64,000 nucleotides of DNA, from NCBI GenBank assembly GCA_041687695.1, contig JAWLBL010000005.1, positions 68,382-132,381 of the forward strand, given 5' to 3'. A program made the translations under genes and the position numbers. The notes beneath the pieces were generated by a model that saw nothing but the letters and a program-made list of their open reading frames with translations, was not told the origin of the DNA and searched no databases. The stretch's first letter is position 1; every line of letters starts with the position of its first letter. The DNA is from Myxococcota bacterium. GTDB lineage: Bacteria > Myxococcota_A > UBA9042 > PHBI01 > JAWLBL01. Positions 20,997-32,693 of this stretch are shown one piece after another.

Positions 20997-22316
20997 TCAG
21001 CGCACCAGGCGGAAGGTCGCGAACACGTACGGGTACTGATCGCGGTACCAGTTCCGGAAGCTGGGCCGCAGCAGCCGCGTCGCCGTGGGCCAGGCCGCGC
21101 CGAAGACGACCATGTGGCGCCCGTCGAAGAAGTCCGCCGAGTACCCCGGGTAGGTGCGCGCCCAGGGGCGAAAGCCCGGCAGGGGACCAAAGGGGGTCGC
21201 GGTGTGCTCCCAGCCGTTGCCGACCAGCTCGTGGACGCCGAAGGCGCTGGCGCCGTCGGGCCGCGCGCCGACCGGGACCGGGGCCATGGCGTGGAAGTCG
21301 AACGCGCCGTGCCGCGCGGCCGGCGGGTCGTCGCCCCACGGGAAGGGGCGCTCGCCGCCGCCGGGCTCGCCGTAGGCGGCGCGGTGCAGCTCGGCCTCGG
21401 TGGGCAGCCGCCCGCCGGCCCAGCGCGCGTAGGCGGTCGCCTCGGCATAGGACACGTAGACGGGCCAGCCGTAGGCGTCGGTGAGCGGGACGTCCTCGAA
21501 CAGCGAGCGGACGCGCCAGCCTTCCGGCGCCGGCGTCCATCCCTGCGGGTGCTGGCGGCCCGTGGCGCGCAGCCAGGCGCGGTCGGCGGGCGACCACCAG
21601 GCCGGGTCGCGGTAGCCGCCGGCGTCGACGAAGGCCAGGAACTCGCCGACCGTGACCGGGACCGAGTCGAGCCGGAAACCGGGGACGTGGACCTGGAGGC
21701 GGTCGAGCTCATTGTCCCAGGCGAAGGGGACCTCGGACAGACGGGTGCCCAGGGTCGCGCGGCCCGGAGGGACCTCGACCGACTCACGGGCGCGCGGCGG
21801 CCCCAGCTCGAGGGGCAGGGCCTCGGCGGGGCGGCGCAGGAGCGCCGGATCGAGCGCCTGCATCATGTAGAGCAGCGTCTCGTGGTGCATCAGCTCGTGC
21901 TCGAGCACGAGGTGCAGCACCCGCGCCCCCGCCGCCAACGCGTCGCGGGGGGCGCGATCGGCCAGGGCGTCGGCCAGCGCGGGCAGCTGGGCCCGGACGG
22001 CGTCTCGGTAGGCCAGGACGGCGGAGATTTCAGGCCATTGCTCGGCGTCGGACGCCGGGGCGGCCGCCTCGTCGGGCGGATCGATGCCGCGCTCGAACAG
22101 CAGGTCGAAGCGCGCCTCGAGCGGCGGGCGGCCCAGCACGCCGCGCGCGACCTGGTTCCAGGCGAAGGCAGGCAGGTGGCCCAGGTAGAAGACGAACGGG
22201 TGCCGCAGCGGGATGGGGCGCGACGGCAGGGCCTCGGGGCGCAGCCACGCGAACAGGGCGTCCGAGCGCGCCCAGGCGGCCCGCAGCTCGTCCAGGACGG
22301 CCGCGGCGTCGGTCAT
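20997..22316 (-). CDS. egtB: Ergothioneine sulfoxide synthase (DinB-like + FGE-sulfatase domains)
   Basis: LRHPFVFYLGH, EHELMHHETLLY iron-binding motif, AWDNE, RLPTEAE, GNGWE, FRNWY; coupled to egtD. Confidence 0.85.
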   Translation of the reverse strand: MTDAAAVLDELRAAWARSDALFAWLRPEALPSRPIPLRHPFVFYLGHLPAFAWNQVARGVLGRPPLEARFDLLFERGIDPPDEAAAPASDAEQWPEISAVLAYRDAVRAQLPALADALADRAPRDALAAGARVLHLVLEHELMHHETLLYMMQALDPALLRRPAEALPLELGPPRARESVEVPPGRATLGTRLSEVPFAWDNELDRLQVHVPGFRLDSVPVTVGEFLAFVDAGGYRDPAWWSPADRAWLRATGRQHPQGWTPAPEGWRVRSLFEDVPLTDAYGWPVYVSYAEATAYARWAGGRLPTEAELHRAAYGEPGGGERPFPWGDDPPAARHGAFDFHAMAPVPVGARPDGASAFGVHELVGNGWEHTATPFGPLPGFRPWARTYPGYSADFFDGRHMVVFGAAWPTATRLLRPSFRNWYRDQYPYVFATFRLVR

Positions 22317-23275
22317 GGGGCGACCTCGCCCGCCGCGGGCCGGACGAGGGCGAGGCCGAAGAGGCGCTGGTCGTCGGTGATGAAGCGATCGACGGCGAGG
22401 CCGGTGCCGTCGAGCCGTCGGGCCAGGCTGTCGCGCGTGTACTTGGTCGACACCTCGGTGCGGATGCTGTCGCCCGCGGCGAGGCGCAGGGTGACGTCGG
22501 CGGCCGGGATGCGCACGGTGACCGGGCGGCGCGCGACGAGGCGGAGGTCGATCCAGGCCTGCTCGGGGTCCCAGACGGCGCTGTGCTCGAAGTCCGCGCG
22601 GCGGAAGTCGGCGCCGAAGCGGGCGTTGACCACGTCCAGGATGTTCAGGTTGAAGGCGGCCGTGACGCCCTGGGCGTCGTTGTAGGCGGCCTCGAGGCGG
22701 GCGGGGTCCTTGACGAGGTCGACGCCGAGCAGCAGGGCGTCGTCGGGCGCGAGGCGGCCGGCCAGGGCCGTGAAGAAGGCGTTGGCGCGCAGGGGCGGCA
22801 GGTTGCCGACGGTGCCGGCGAGGAACAGGACGAGGCGGCGCCCGCCGGGGCCGAGGGCGGCGAGGTTGCGCTCGAAGTCGCCGACCACGGGGCGCACCGA
22901 CAGGCCGGGGTAGTCGGCCTCGAGGCGTCGGGCCGAGGCCTCGAGGAAGGCCTGGTTGATGTCGAGCAGGGTCAGGCGCTCCAAGCAGCCGGCGGCGCGG
23001 CCGGCCTCGATGAGGCGGCGGACCTTGTCGCTGGCGCCGCAGCCCAGCTCGGCCAGCTCGCGCGGCCGCACCGCGTCCACGATCGCGTGGGCCTGGGCCG
23101 TCAACAGGGCCGTCTCGGTGCGCGTCTGGTAGTACTCGGGCAGGCGCGTGATGGCCTCGAACAGGGCGCTGCCGCGGTCGTCGTAGAGGTAGCGGGTCGG
23201 CAGCTCGGGCAACGGTCGGAGCAGGGCCTCGCGCAGCTCGGCGAGGCTCTGGGCGTCCGGCGGGGGACCTTGCAT
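22313..23275 (-). CDS. egtD: L-histidine N-alpha-methyltransferase
   Basis: YLYDDRGSALFEAITRLPEYYQTRTE, ELGCG, GVDLVKD, AYNDAQGVTAAFNLN, IRTEVSTKY. Confidence 0.93.
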   Translation of the reverse strand: MQGPPPDAQSLAELREALLRPLPELPTRYLYDDRGSALFEAITRLPEYYQTRTETALLTAQAHAIVDAVRPRELAELGCGASDKVRRLIEAGRAAGCLERLTLLDINQAFLEASARRLEADYPGLSVRPVVGDFERNLAALGPGGRRLVLFLAGTVGNLPPLRANAFFTALAGRLAPDDALLLGVDLVKDPARLEAAYNDAQGVTAAFNLNILDVVNARFGADFRRADFEHSAVWDPEQAWIDLRLVARRPVTVRIPAADVTLRLAAGDSIRTEVSTKYTRDSLARRLDGTGLAVDRFITDDQRLFGLALVRPAAGEVAP

Positions 23276-23493
23276 CGGTGCTCCGTGAGGCGCGATGGGA
23301 GTTGGGGTGGCCGCAGTCTGGCGCGCGAACGCGTGGCGGGCAACCGCCCGGTCGCCTCGCCGTAGGCCCCCACGGTCCGCGTGACTACCTGTGTCGTCAG
23401 CCCGCGGCGACTCGACGGCCGCCCTCGCGGCGAGGGCCGGACGCCGTCCCGGCGCACAGGCGGGCGCCTCTGACACCCTTGCCGGAGATCGAC

Positions 23494-25436
<1,943 letters not shown>

Positions 25437-25440
<4 letters not shown>

Positions 25441-27545
25441 GCGATGAACGCGCGCACGGCGCCGAGCGACGCGACCCGGCCGAGATCTCCATCGACGGCA
25501 TCGTCAACCGCATGCGCTGGGACCCCAACCAGCAGGCCGATCTGGACCTCCTGCTCGACCGCGAGTGGCTGCTGACCAACGGCCTGGGCGGCTACGCGTC
25601 GGGCTCGGTCTCCGGCGCCTCCACCCGCCGCTATCACGGGCTGCTGGTGGCCGCCCTGCCCGCCCCCTACGGCCGCATGGTGATGCTGAACCACCTGTCC
25701 GAGGAGGTGCGGCTGACCGACGGCAGCTACGTCCCGCTGGGCGGCTGGGAGGTGGCGCGCGGCACGCTGGAGCTGCACGGCGCTGGTGCGCTGCGGGAGT
25801 TCCGCCTCGAGGCCGGCCTGCCGGTCTGGCGCTACGAGACCGACGCCTTCGTGCTGGAAAAGCGTCTGGTCATGCCGCACCTGCAAAACACCATGCACAT
25901 CAGCTACAGGCTGGCGCGGGGGGATGGGCCGCTTCGGCTGAACCTGCGGCCGTCGCTGCACTTTCGGCCCCACGAGGCGCGCGTCGACACGCCCCTGCAC
26001 GACCCCTACTGCATCAGCGCGATGGGCCGCCGCATCGAGGTGCACCCGCACGACCCCGAGCTGATGCCCCTGCGCATGATGCTGCTGGGCGGCCGGGGGC
26101 ACCGCGCGGGCGCGATGGTGCTCGACGGGGGCCGCTTCCGCGAGCTGTTCTATCGGGTCGAGCACAGCCGCGGCTACGAGGCCATCGGCACCCTGTGGTC
26201 GCCGGGCTACTTCCGGGCCGAGCTGACCTGTGGCGAGGAGGCCACGCTGGTCGCCTCGACCGACGAGTGGTCGGCCGTCACGGCCATGACGCCGGACGCC
26301 GCGTTGGCCTCGGAGCGCGAGCGACGTCGGCGGCTGGTCTGCGCCGCGCATCCCGCAGCGCAGCATGGCGCGGCGGCCGAGCTGGTCCTGGCCGCCGACC
26401 AGTTCATCATCCAGCCGTCCACGCGCCTGGGCGACGCCGCCCGCGCCCACGCGGCCGGCGACGACGTGCGGACCATCATCGCCGGGTATCACTGGTTCAC
26501 CGACTGGGGCCGCGACACGATGATCAGCCTCGAGGGGCTGACGCTGTGCACGGGCCGGCAGCTCGAGGCGGGCTACATCCTGCGGACGTTCTCGCACTAC
26601 ATCCGCGACGGCCTCATCCCGAACATGTTCCCCGAGGGCGAGTCCGAGGGCCTGTACCACACCGCCGACGCGACGCTGTGGTTCTTCCACGCCGTCCACC
26701 GCTACGTCGGCGCGACGGACGACCGCGAGACGCTGCGGGCGCTCATCCCCAAGCTGATAGAGATCGTCGAGCACCACCTGAAGGGGACGCGCTTCGGCAT
26801 CGGCGTCGACCCCGAGGACGGGCTGCTGCGACAGGGGCAGGCCGGCTATCAGCTGACCTGGATGGACGCCAAGGTGGACGACTGGGTCGTCACGCCCCGG
26901 CGCGGCAAGGCCGTCGAGCTCAACGCGCTGTGGTACAACGCGCTCAAGCTGCTCGAGGGCTGGGTGCGCGACGAGCGGGGCGACGCGGCCGCCCGCTGGC
27001 TGGCCGACCAGGCCGAGCGGACCCGGGCCTCGTTCAACCGTCGCTTCTGGTTCGAGCAGGGCCAGTACCTGCTGGACCTGGTCGACGGCGAGGACGGCGA
27101 CGACCCGGCGATCCGCCCCAACCAGGTGTTCGCCGTCGCGCTCGAGCACCCCGTGCTGGACCCCAGCCGGTGGGAGGCGGTGGTGAATTGTGCGCTGCAG
27201 CATCTGGTGACCCCGGTGGGGCTGCGGTCGCTGGCGCGCGGGCACCGGGACTACAAGCCGCGCTACTTCGGCGACCTGCGCTCGCGGGACGCGGCCTACC
27301 ACCAGGGCACCGTCTGGGGGTGGCTGGTGGGGCCGATGGTCGACGCGTGGCTGCGGGTGTGGCCCGAGGACAAGGCGGGCGCGCGCGCGTTCGTCGAGGG
27401 CTTCCTGCCGCACCTGGGCGAGGCGTGCATCGGGTCGCTGAGCGAGATCTTCGACGCCGAGCCGCCGTTCTCGCCGCGCGGGTGCGTGGCGCAGGCCTGG
27501 AGCGTGGCCGAGGCGCTGCGCTGCTGGATCAAGACACAGAGCTGA
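25437..27545 (+). CDS. Glycogen debranching enzyme (amylo-alpha-1,6-glucosidase family)
   Basis: EWLLTNGLGGYASG...TRRYHGLL, IAGYHWFTDWGRDTMISLEGL, LTWMDAK, KAVELNALWYNAL, AYHQGTVW, QAWSVAE. Confidence 0.93.
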
Positions 27546-27593
27546 GGCCGACACCGAGCCGCGACCGACGCCGACAGGCAAGGAGACCCGGTC

Positions 27594-29159
27594 ATGACGA
27601 GCCCACGGACCCCGAGCGGAACCCGCAGCATCTGGTGGGCGCGCGCGCCCGAGGCGCCCACGTATCCGCCGCTGGAGGGCGAGGCCACCTACGACGTCGC
27701 GGTGGTCGGCGCGGGCATCACCGGGCTGACCACGGCGCTGCTGCTGGCCCGGGAGGGCAAGCGGGTCGTGGTGCTCGAGGCCGACCGGGTGGGCAGCGGC
27801 GTGACCGGCGCGACCTCGGCGCACCTGACGACGCTGCCCGACGCGGGGCTGGCGGTGCTGGCGCGGCGCTTCGGGCTCGAGGGGGCGCGCCTCGCGCACC
27901 TGGGGATGGTCGCGGCCATCGACCGCATCGAGACCCTGAGCCGCCGGTACGCGGTGGCCGGCGACTTCCGGCGCGTGCCGGGCCTCGTCTACGCCGAGGA
28001 CGGGCCGCAGGTGCCGCGGCTGGAGGAGGAGATCGAGATCGCGCGGCGGCTGGATCTCGACGCGGCGGTGGTCGAGCGATCCGAGCTGCCGTTCCCCATC
28101 ACGCGCGGGCTGCGGGTGCACGGGATGGCGCAGATCGAGCCGCTGGCCTACGTGCGCGGGCTGGCGCGCGAGCTGGTCGCGCAGCCGTGCTGCCATGTGC
28201 ACGAGCAGACGCGGGTGGTGTCGGTCGGCGAGGGCGAGCCTTGCGAGCTGGAAGCGATGACCCCGCGCGGCGAGGGGCTGGTGCGGGCGGCCGAGGTCGT
28301 GCTGGCGACCCACACGCCCATCGGCGTGAACCTGCTGCAGACCCTGGTCGCGCCGTATCGGTCGTACTGCCTGGCGGCGCGCCTCGAGGGCGACGGCGCG
28401 GCGACGCCGCAGGGCCTGTTCTGGGACATGGCCGAGCCCTACAACTACACGCGCGACCTGCGCACCCCCGAGGGGACCTTCGTCGTCGTCGGCGGGCGAG
28501 ACCACAAGAGCGGCGATCGCGAGGACACGCCGCGACGCATGCGCGAGCTGGAGAGCTACGCGCGGGCGCGATGGCCCGTCGCCGAGGTCGTGGCGCAGTG
28601 GTCGGCGCAGCACTACGTCCCGGCGGACGGGCTGCCCTTCGTCGGGCGCAGCCCGCGGGCGACGCACCTGTGGGTCGCGACCGGCTTCGCGGGCGACGGC
28701 CTGACGTTCGGGACGACGGCGGCGCTGGCGTTGGTCGACGTGATGGGGGGCCGGGCCAACCCGTGGGCGGACCTGTTCTCGACCAGGCGCTTCAAGCCGG
28801 GCGCGCAGGCCAAGAACTTCCTGCACGAAAACCTGGCCTCGGGGTGGCACATGGTGGCCGACCGGATGGGGCTGCTGCGGCGCGATCTCGAGGACGCGAC
28901 GAAGCTGCGGCCCTGCGAGGGGATGACCGTGCGCCACGGCGGCGAGCCGGTGGCGGTGTACAAGGACGCGGCGGGGCAGCTGTTCGCCATGAGCGCGGTC
29001 TGCCGCCACATGAAGTGCATCGTCCAGTTCAACAAGGCCGAGCAGAGCTGGGACTGCCCCTGCCACGGGGGCCGCTACGACGCGCTGGGCAAGCGCCTGT
29101 CGGGGCCGCCGACGCGCGACCTCGAGCCGCGCGGCGTCATCGACGACGACGAGACCTGA
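27594..29159 (+). CDS. FAD-dependent oxidoreductase with C-terminal Rieske [2Fe-2S] domain (YhfW-like)
   Basis: VVGAGITGL dinucleotide-binding motif; CRH...WDCPCHG Rieske motifs. Confidence 0.9.
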   Translation: MTSPRTPSGTRSIWWARAPEAPTYPPLEGEATYDVAVVGAGITGLTTALLLAREGKRVVVLEADRVGSGVTGATSAHLTTLPDAGLAVLARRFGLEGARLAHLGMVAAIDRIETLSRRYAVAGDFRRVPGLVYAEDGPQVPRLEEEIEIARRLDLDAAVVERSELPFPITRGLRVHGMAQIEPLAYVRGLARELVAQPCCHVHEQTRVVSVGEGEPCELEAMTPRGEGLVRAAEVVLATHTPIGVNLLQTLVAPYRSYCLAARLEGDGAATPQGLFWDMAEPYNYTRDLRTPEGTFVVVGGRDHKSGDREDTPRRMRELESYARARWPVAEVVAQWSAQHYVPADGLPFVGRSPRATHLWVATGFAGDGLTFGTTAALALVDVMGGRANPWADLFSTRRFKPGAQAKNFLHENLASGWHMVADRMGLLRRDLEDATKLRPCEGMTVRHGGEPVAVYKDAAGQLFAMSAVCRHMKCIVQFNKAEQSWDCPCHGGRYDALGKRLSGPPTRDLEPRGVIDDDET

Positions 29160-29170
29160 GGAGGAGCGAC

Positions 29171-29524
29171 ATGCAGTGCGAGAGCTTGCACGAGCACGGC
29201 CACGGTCACGGCCCCGAGTGCGGGCACACGGCCATCGAGCACGAGGGGCACATCGACTACCTGTGCGGCGGTCACCTGCACCACCTGCACGGCGACCACT
29301 GCGACGAGCACCGTCTGGCGGTGACCGCGGCCAACCCCGACGCCTGCACGCCGGACCACTGGTGCAGCGGGCACGAGGTGGGCCACGAGCACGACGCCGA
29401 GTGCGGCCACGAGCAGGTGCCGCACGGGGACCACTGGGACTACCTGGTCGGCGGGCACCTGCACCATCCGCATGGGGACCACTGCGACGACCACGGGAAG
29501 GTGCGGGTGGAGATGCGGGGGTGA
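29171..29524 (+). CDS. His/Cys-rich putative metal-binding protein (117 aa, two internal repeats)
   Basis: ATG after GAGGAG; 26 His and 8 Cys. The motif CGH....H..H.DYL.GGHLHH.HGDHCD.H occurs twice. Confidence 0.85.
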   Translation: MQCESLHEHGHGHGPECGHTAIEHEGHIDYLCGGHLHHLHGDHCDEHRLAVTAANPDACTPDHWCSGHEVGHEHDAECGHEQVPHGDHWDYLVGGHLHHPHGDHCDDHGKVRVEMRG

Positions 29525-29691
29525 GGCCGCAGGGCCCTTCGGCCCACATCCTCGTCAAAAGCGACCCCGGTCCACGGCGCCGGCCGGGCCGGCGCGCGCG
29601 ACCCGCCATGGTCGGGATACGAGGTGCCGTTGCGCCGCCGCGGGCGGCCGTGGAGCGCGCACGCTACGCGCGTTGCGTAGAGGGGGAACCC

Positions 29692-30071
29692 CTACCGCCA
29701 AGTAGGCGCGCCTACCTGCGCAGTGGGCGATCGGCTACCGGCGAGTCGACGCGCCTACCTGCGCAGTGGGCGATCGGCTACCGGCGAGTCGACGCGCCTA
29801 CCTGCGCAGTGGGCGATCGGCTACCGGCGAGTCGACGCGCCTACCTGCGCAGTGGGCGATCGGCTACCGAGGAGTAGGCACGCCCACCTGCGCAGTGGGC
29901 GATCGGCTACCGACGAGTAGGCGCGCCTACCTGCGCAGTGGGCGATCGGCTATCGACGAGTCGACGCGCCCACCTGCGCAGTGGGCGATCGGCTACAGAC
30001 GAGTCGACGCGCCCACCTGCGCAGTGGGCGATCGGCTACCGACGAGTAGGCGCGCCCACATGCGCATGGGC
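29692..30071. repeat. Intergenic tandem array of 43-bp palindrome-rich units (8 full + 1 partial), REP/BIME-like
   Basis: Unit CTACCG(G/A)CGAGT(CGA/AGG)CGCGCC(T/C)ACCTGCGCAGTGGGCGATCGG starts at 29692, 29735, 29778, 29821, 29864, 29907, 29950, 29993 and 30036. Confidence 0.92.
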
Positions 30072-30319
30072 AATGGGACCGCCGGCTTCCAGAGGGTGCC
30101 GTATCGATGCCGGCTGAGGCGGCCATGGAGTGCTCCGGCTTGCCGGAGCCCCGGCCCCGGCGGCTTGCCGCCGGGATCTGGCCGCCAAACCCGGCGCAGC
30201 AAGCTGCGCCGGATGGGGGCTCCACCAAGGTGGAGCACTCCGGTTGGGCGTCTGCGACACCCTCTCCCAGCCGGCCGAATCGCCGCGCTTCGAGGCGCCG
30301 CGAGCGGCGCGACCCGGGG

Positions 30320-30886
30320 TCAGGCGACGATGTCGCGGCGGACCTCGGCGGCCTTGTCGGGGCCGTACAGGGCCTCGATGCAGGCGAGGGCGAAGGCGAC
30401 GGCGGTGCCGGGGCCACGGGAGGTGATGACCTGGCCGTGGCGCGCGACCGGGTCCTCGCAGTAGTTGGCGAAGGTGCCCAGGACGTCGCGGGCCCCCGGG
30501 TGCGAGGTGATGGCGGCGGCGCGGTCGAGCCCGGCCCGGGCGAGGACGGTCGGGGCGGCGCAGATGGCGGCGGTGAGAGCGCCGGCGGCGAGGCGTCGCC
30601 GCAGGAGCGCGAGGAGGGGCTCGCAGGCCGCCAGGTGCTCGGTCCCCTTGGCGCCGCCGGGCAGAAGGACGAGGTCCCAGTCGTCGCCCCACTCCTCCAA
30701 GGCCTCGGAGAGGTCTATGTCGGCCATCACGCGCAGGTTGTTGCGGCCCACGATGGGGTTGGGTGCGCCGACGCTGGCGGTGACGACGTGGGCGCCGGCG
30801 CGGCGCAGCAGATCGACGGGGGCGACGGCCTCGAGCTCTTCGAAGCCCGGGGCGAGCGGGACCAGGACGCGCTTGCGGTCGGCCAT
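30320..30886 (-). CDS. DJ-1/PfpI (YajL/ThiJ-like) family protein
   Basis: VLVPLAPGFEELEAVAPVDLLRRAG, LPGG, AAICAAP, ITSRGPGT. Confidence 0.92.
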   Translation of the reverse strand: MADRKRVLVPLAPGFEELEAVAPVDLLRRAGAHVVTASVGAPNPIVGRNNLRVMADIDLSEALEEWGDDWDLVLLPGGAKGTEHLAACEPLLALLRRRLAAGALTAAICAAPTVLARAGLDRAAAITSHPGARDVLGTFANYCEDPVARHGQVITSRGPGTAVAFALACIEALYGPDKAAEVRRDIVA

Positions 30887-30977
30887 GGGCGGCTCTCCTT
30901 GGTGACGGTTCGGGGTGGGCCGGAAGGAAAGCACAGCCGCGGTGGGGACGCGAGCGAAGGGCGCGGCCGAGCCGGGA

Positions 30978-31817
30978 TCAGGCCAGGATGGGCGCGGGCT
31001 TGTCGATGACGGCGTCGCGGCTCAGGCGCAGGGGGTGGGGCAGCTCGACGCCCTCGGCGACGAGGCGCTCGCGCATGCGCTCGCCGAGCTGGTTGCGGAC
31101 GGTGATGAAGTTGCCGCGCTCGGTCCAGACGGCGAAGCGCAGGTGGATGAGGTCCTCGCGGAAGCCCTCGAAGAAGAGCTCGGGCTTGGGCTCCTCGAAG
31201 ACCAGCTCGTGGTCGGCGGCCAGATCGGTCAGGATCTTGCGGACGCGGCCGATGTCCTCGCTCTGCTGGATGGCCAGCGGCAGGTCGACGCGGCGGATGG
31301 GGAAGCGGCTGCGGTTGATGACCTGGGCCTTGAGGACGGCCTCGTTGGGCACGCGGACGAAGAGGTTGTCGAAGGTGCGGATCTTGACGGAGAGGAGGTC
31401 GACCGAGAGGACCTCGCCGGTGGTCTCGCCGATGGTGATGACGTCGCCCGGGACGAAGCTCTGCTCGGCCAGCAGGAACAGGCCGCTGACCAGGTTCGAG
31501 GCCGAGGTCTGCGAGGCGAAGCCGAAGGCGACCGTCAGGATGCCGGCGGCGCCGAGGAGCACGGTGAGATCGAAGCCGAGCTCTCTGAGGAACCACAGGA
31601 AGATGAGGACGACGAGCGTGTAGTGGACGCCGCGGCGGAGCAGCATCACCTGGTGGCGCGGGAGGGCGCGGCCGGCGAGTCGGCCGACGAGGCGCGCGGT
31701 CAGGCGCGACAGGACGAAGCCGATGACGAGGACCGCGAAGGCGCGGGCGACGTTGGCGAAGTCGCCGGTCAGCAGCTGCTGGACGAAGGCCCAGCTGCGA
31801 TCGAGGAGGCCTTCCAA
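30978..31817 (-). CDS. MscS family mechanosensitive channel
   Basis: LLGAAGILTVAFGFASQTSASNLVSGLFL...F.PGD.I...GEV...KIRTFDN...PN. Confidence 0.9.
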   Translation of the reverse strand: MEGLLDRSWAFVQQLLTGDFANVARAFAVLVIGFVLSRLTARLVGRLAGRALPRHQVMLLRRGVHYTLVVLIFLWFLRELGFDLTVLLGAAGILTVAFGFASQTSASNLVSGLFLLAEQSFVPGDVITIGETTGEVLSVDLLSVKIRTFDNLFVRVPNEAVLKAQVINRSRFPIRRVDLPLAIQQSEDIGRVRKILTDLAADHELVFEEPKPELFFEGFREDLIHLRFAVWTERGNFITVRNQLGERMRERLVAEGVELPHPLRLSRDAVIDKPAPILA

Positions 31818-31821
31818 GGGC

Positions 31822-32685
31822 TCACCTGCCGAAGATGGAGGAGAAGACGCGGGCGCCGAAGTAGCCGGGCGAGGGGACGCGGGGCTCGGCGACCCGGTGG
31901 ACCTGCCCGGGGTCGCCCGCGGCCTCGGGGGCGCCGCTGCCCAGCTGGACGCGGCCGACCGACGTGCCGGCCTCGCGGGTGACGGTGACCTCTTGGGTCC
32001 AGTGGTGGCCGTCGGCGCCGAAGTAGAGGCTCAAGTGGACGACCGGCAGGCTGAAGCGGTCGATGGCCAGCGGCTCGCGGGTCGCGTTGACCACGTGGAC
32101 CGGCGTGATGGCGCGGTGGGGGAACATCGGCAGCTCGGACAGGTGCCGGTAGCCGTGGGTGCGGCTGGCGTAGCAGATCTCACCGTCGATGGGGCTGCCG
32201 AACCAGGTGTCGGTGGGGCGCACGGTCGGGACCTCGACCAGCTTGCGCGCGGGGGCGCCGACGGACAGCTCGAGGAACAGGGGCGAGCTGACGAAGAGGG
32301 TGACCCGCTCGCCTTCCGGCAGGGTCAGCGGCGTCAGCGGCCGGATGACCATGGGCCGGTCGGGCAGGCGCGGGGCGACGGTCAGCGGCCCCTCGGCACT
32401 GGCGACGCCGAAGCGGGCGGCCTGCAGACCCTCGCGCTCGTCGTCGGGGAAGCCGTCGGGCGCCGGTTGCGCGTCGACCAGCTCGGGCGGGGCCGAGTCG
32501 TCGCGCAACCAGGCCAGGCGCCACTCGAGGTCGCCGCGCAGGACCCACAGGTGCAGCGGTCCGATGCGCCAGAAGTGCGCCTCGTCGGGCGGCAGCGCGC
32601 GCTCGCCCCACCACACGCGCTGGTCGGCGTCCAGGGGCGCGGGGGGCGGCGTCGGCTGGCGCGAGGAGAGGCTGAGGCGGGACAT
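31822..32685 (-). CDS. DUF432-like hypothetical protein
   Basis: RLPDRPMVIRP...LFVSSPL...PTDTWFGSPIDGEICYASRT...AITPVHVVN; adjacent to mscS. Confidence 0.6.
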   Translation of the reverse strand: MSRLSLSSRQPTPPPAPLDADQRVWWGERALPPDEAHFWRIGPLHLWVLRGDLEWRLAWLRDDSAPPELVDAQPAPDGFPDDEREGLQAARFGVASAEGPLTVAPRLPDRPMVIRPLTPLTLPEGERVTLFVSSPLFLELSVGAPARKLVEVPTVRPTDTWFGSPIDGEICYASRTHGYRHLSELPMFPHRAITPVHVVNATREPLAIDRFSLPVVHLSLYFGADGHHWTQEVTVTREAGTSVGRVQLGSGAPEAAGDPGQVHRVAEPRVPSPGYFGARVFSSIFGR

Positions 32686-32693
32686 CCGGGGGG

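Noticed and set aside
29692..30071. CRISPR array (or TIGR-like guide array)
   Set aside because: Units are contiguous and near-identical with no unique spacers; variation is limited to a few recurring substitutions; no cas genes in the window.
29176..30464. ORFs running through the 43-bp array (29176-29877, 29723-29920, 29766-30464)
   Set aside because: The 43-nt period cycles through all frames and yields the same peptides in each; no SD or coding bias. Artefacts of a stop-poor repeat.
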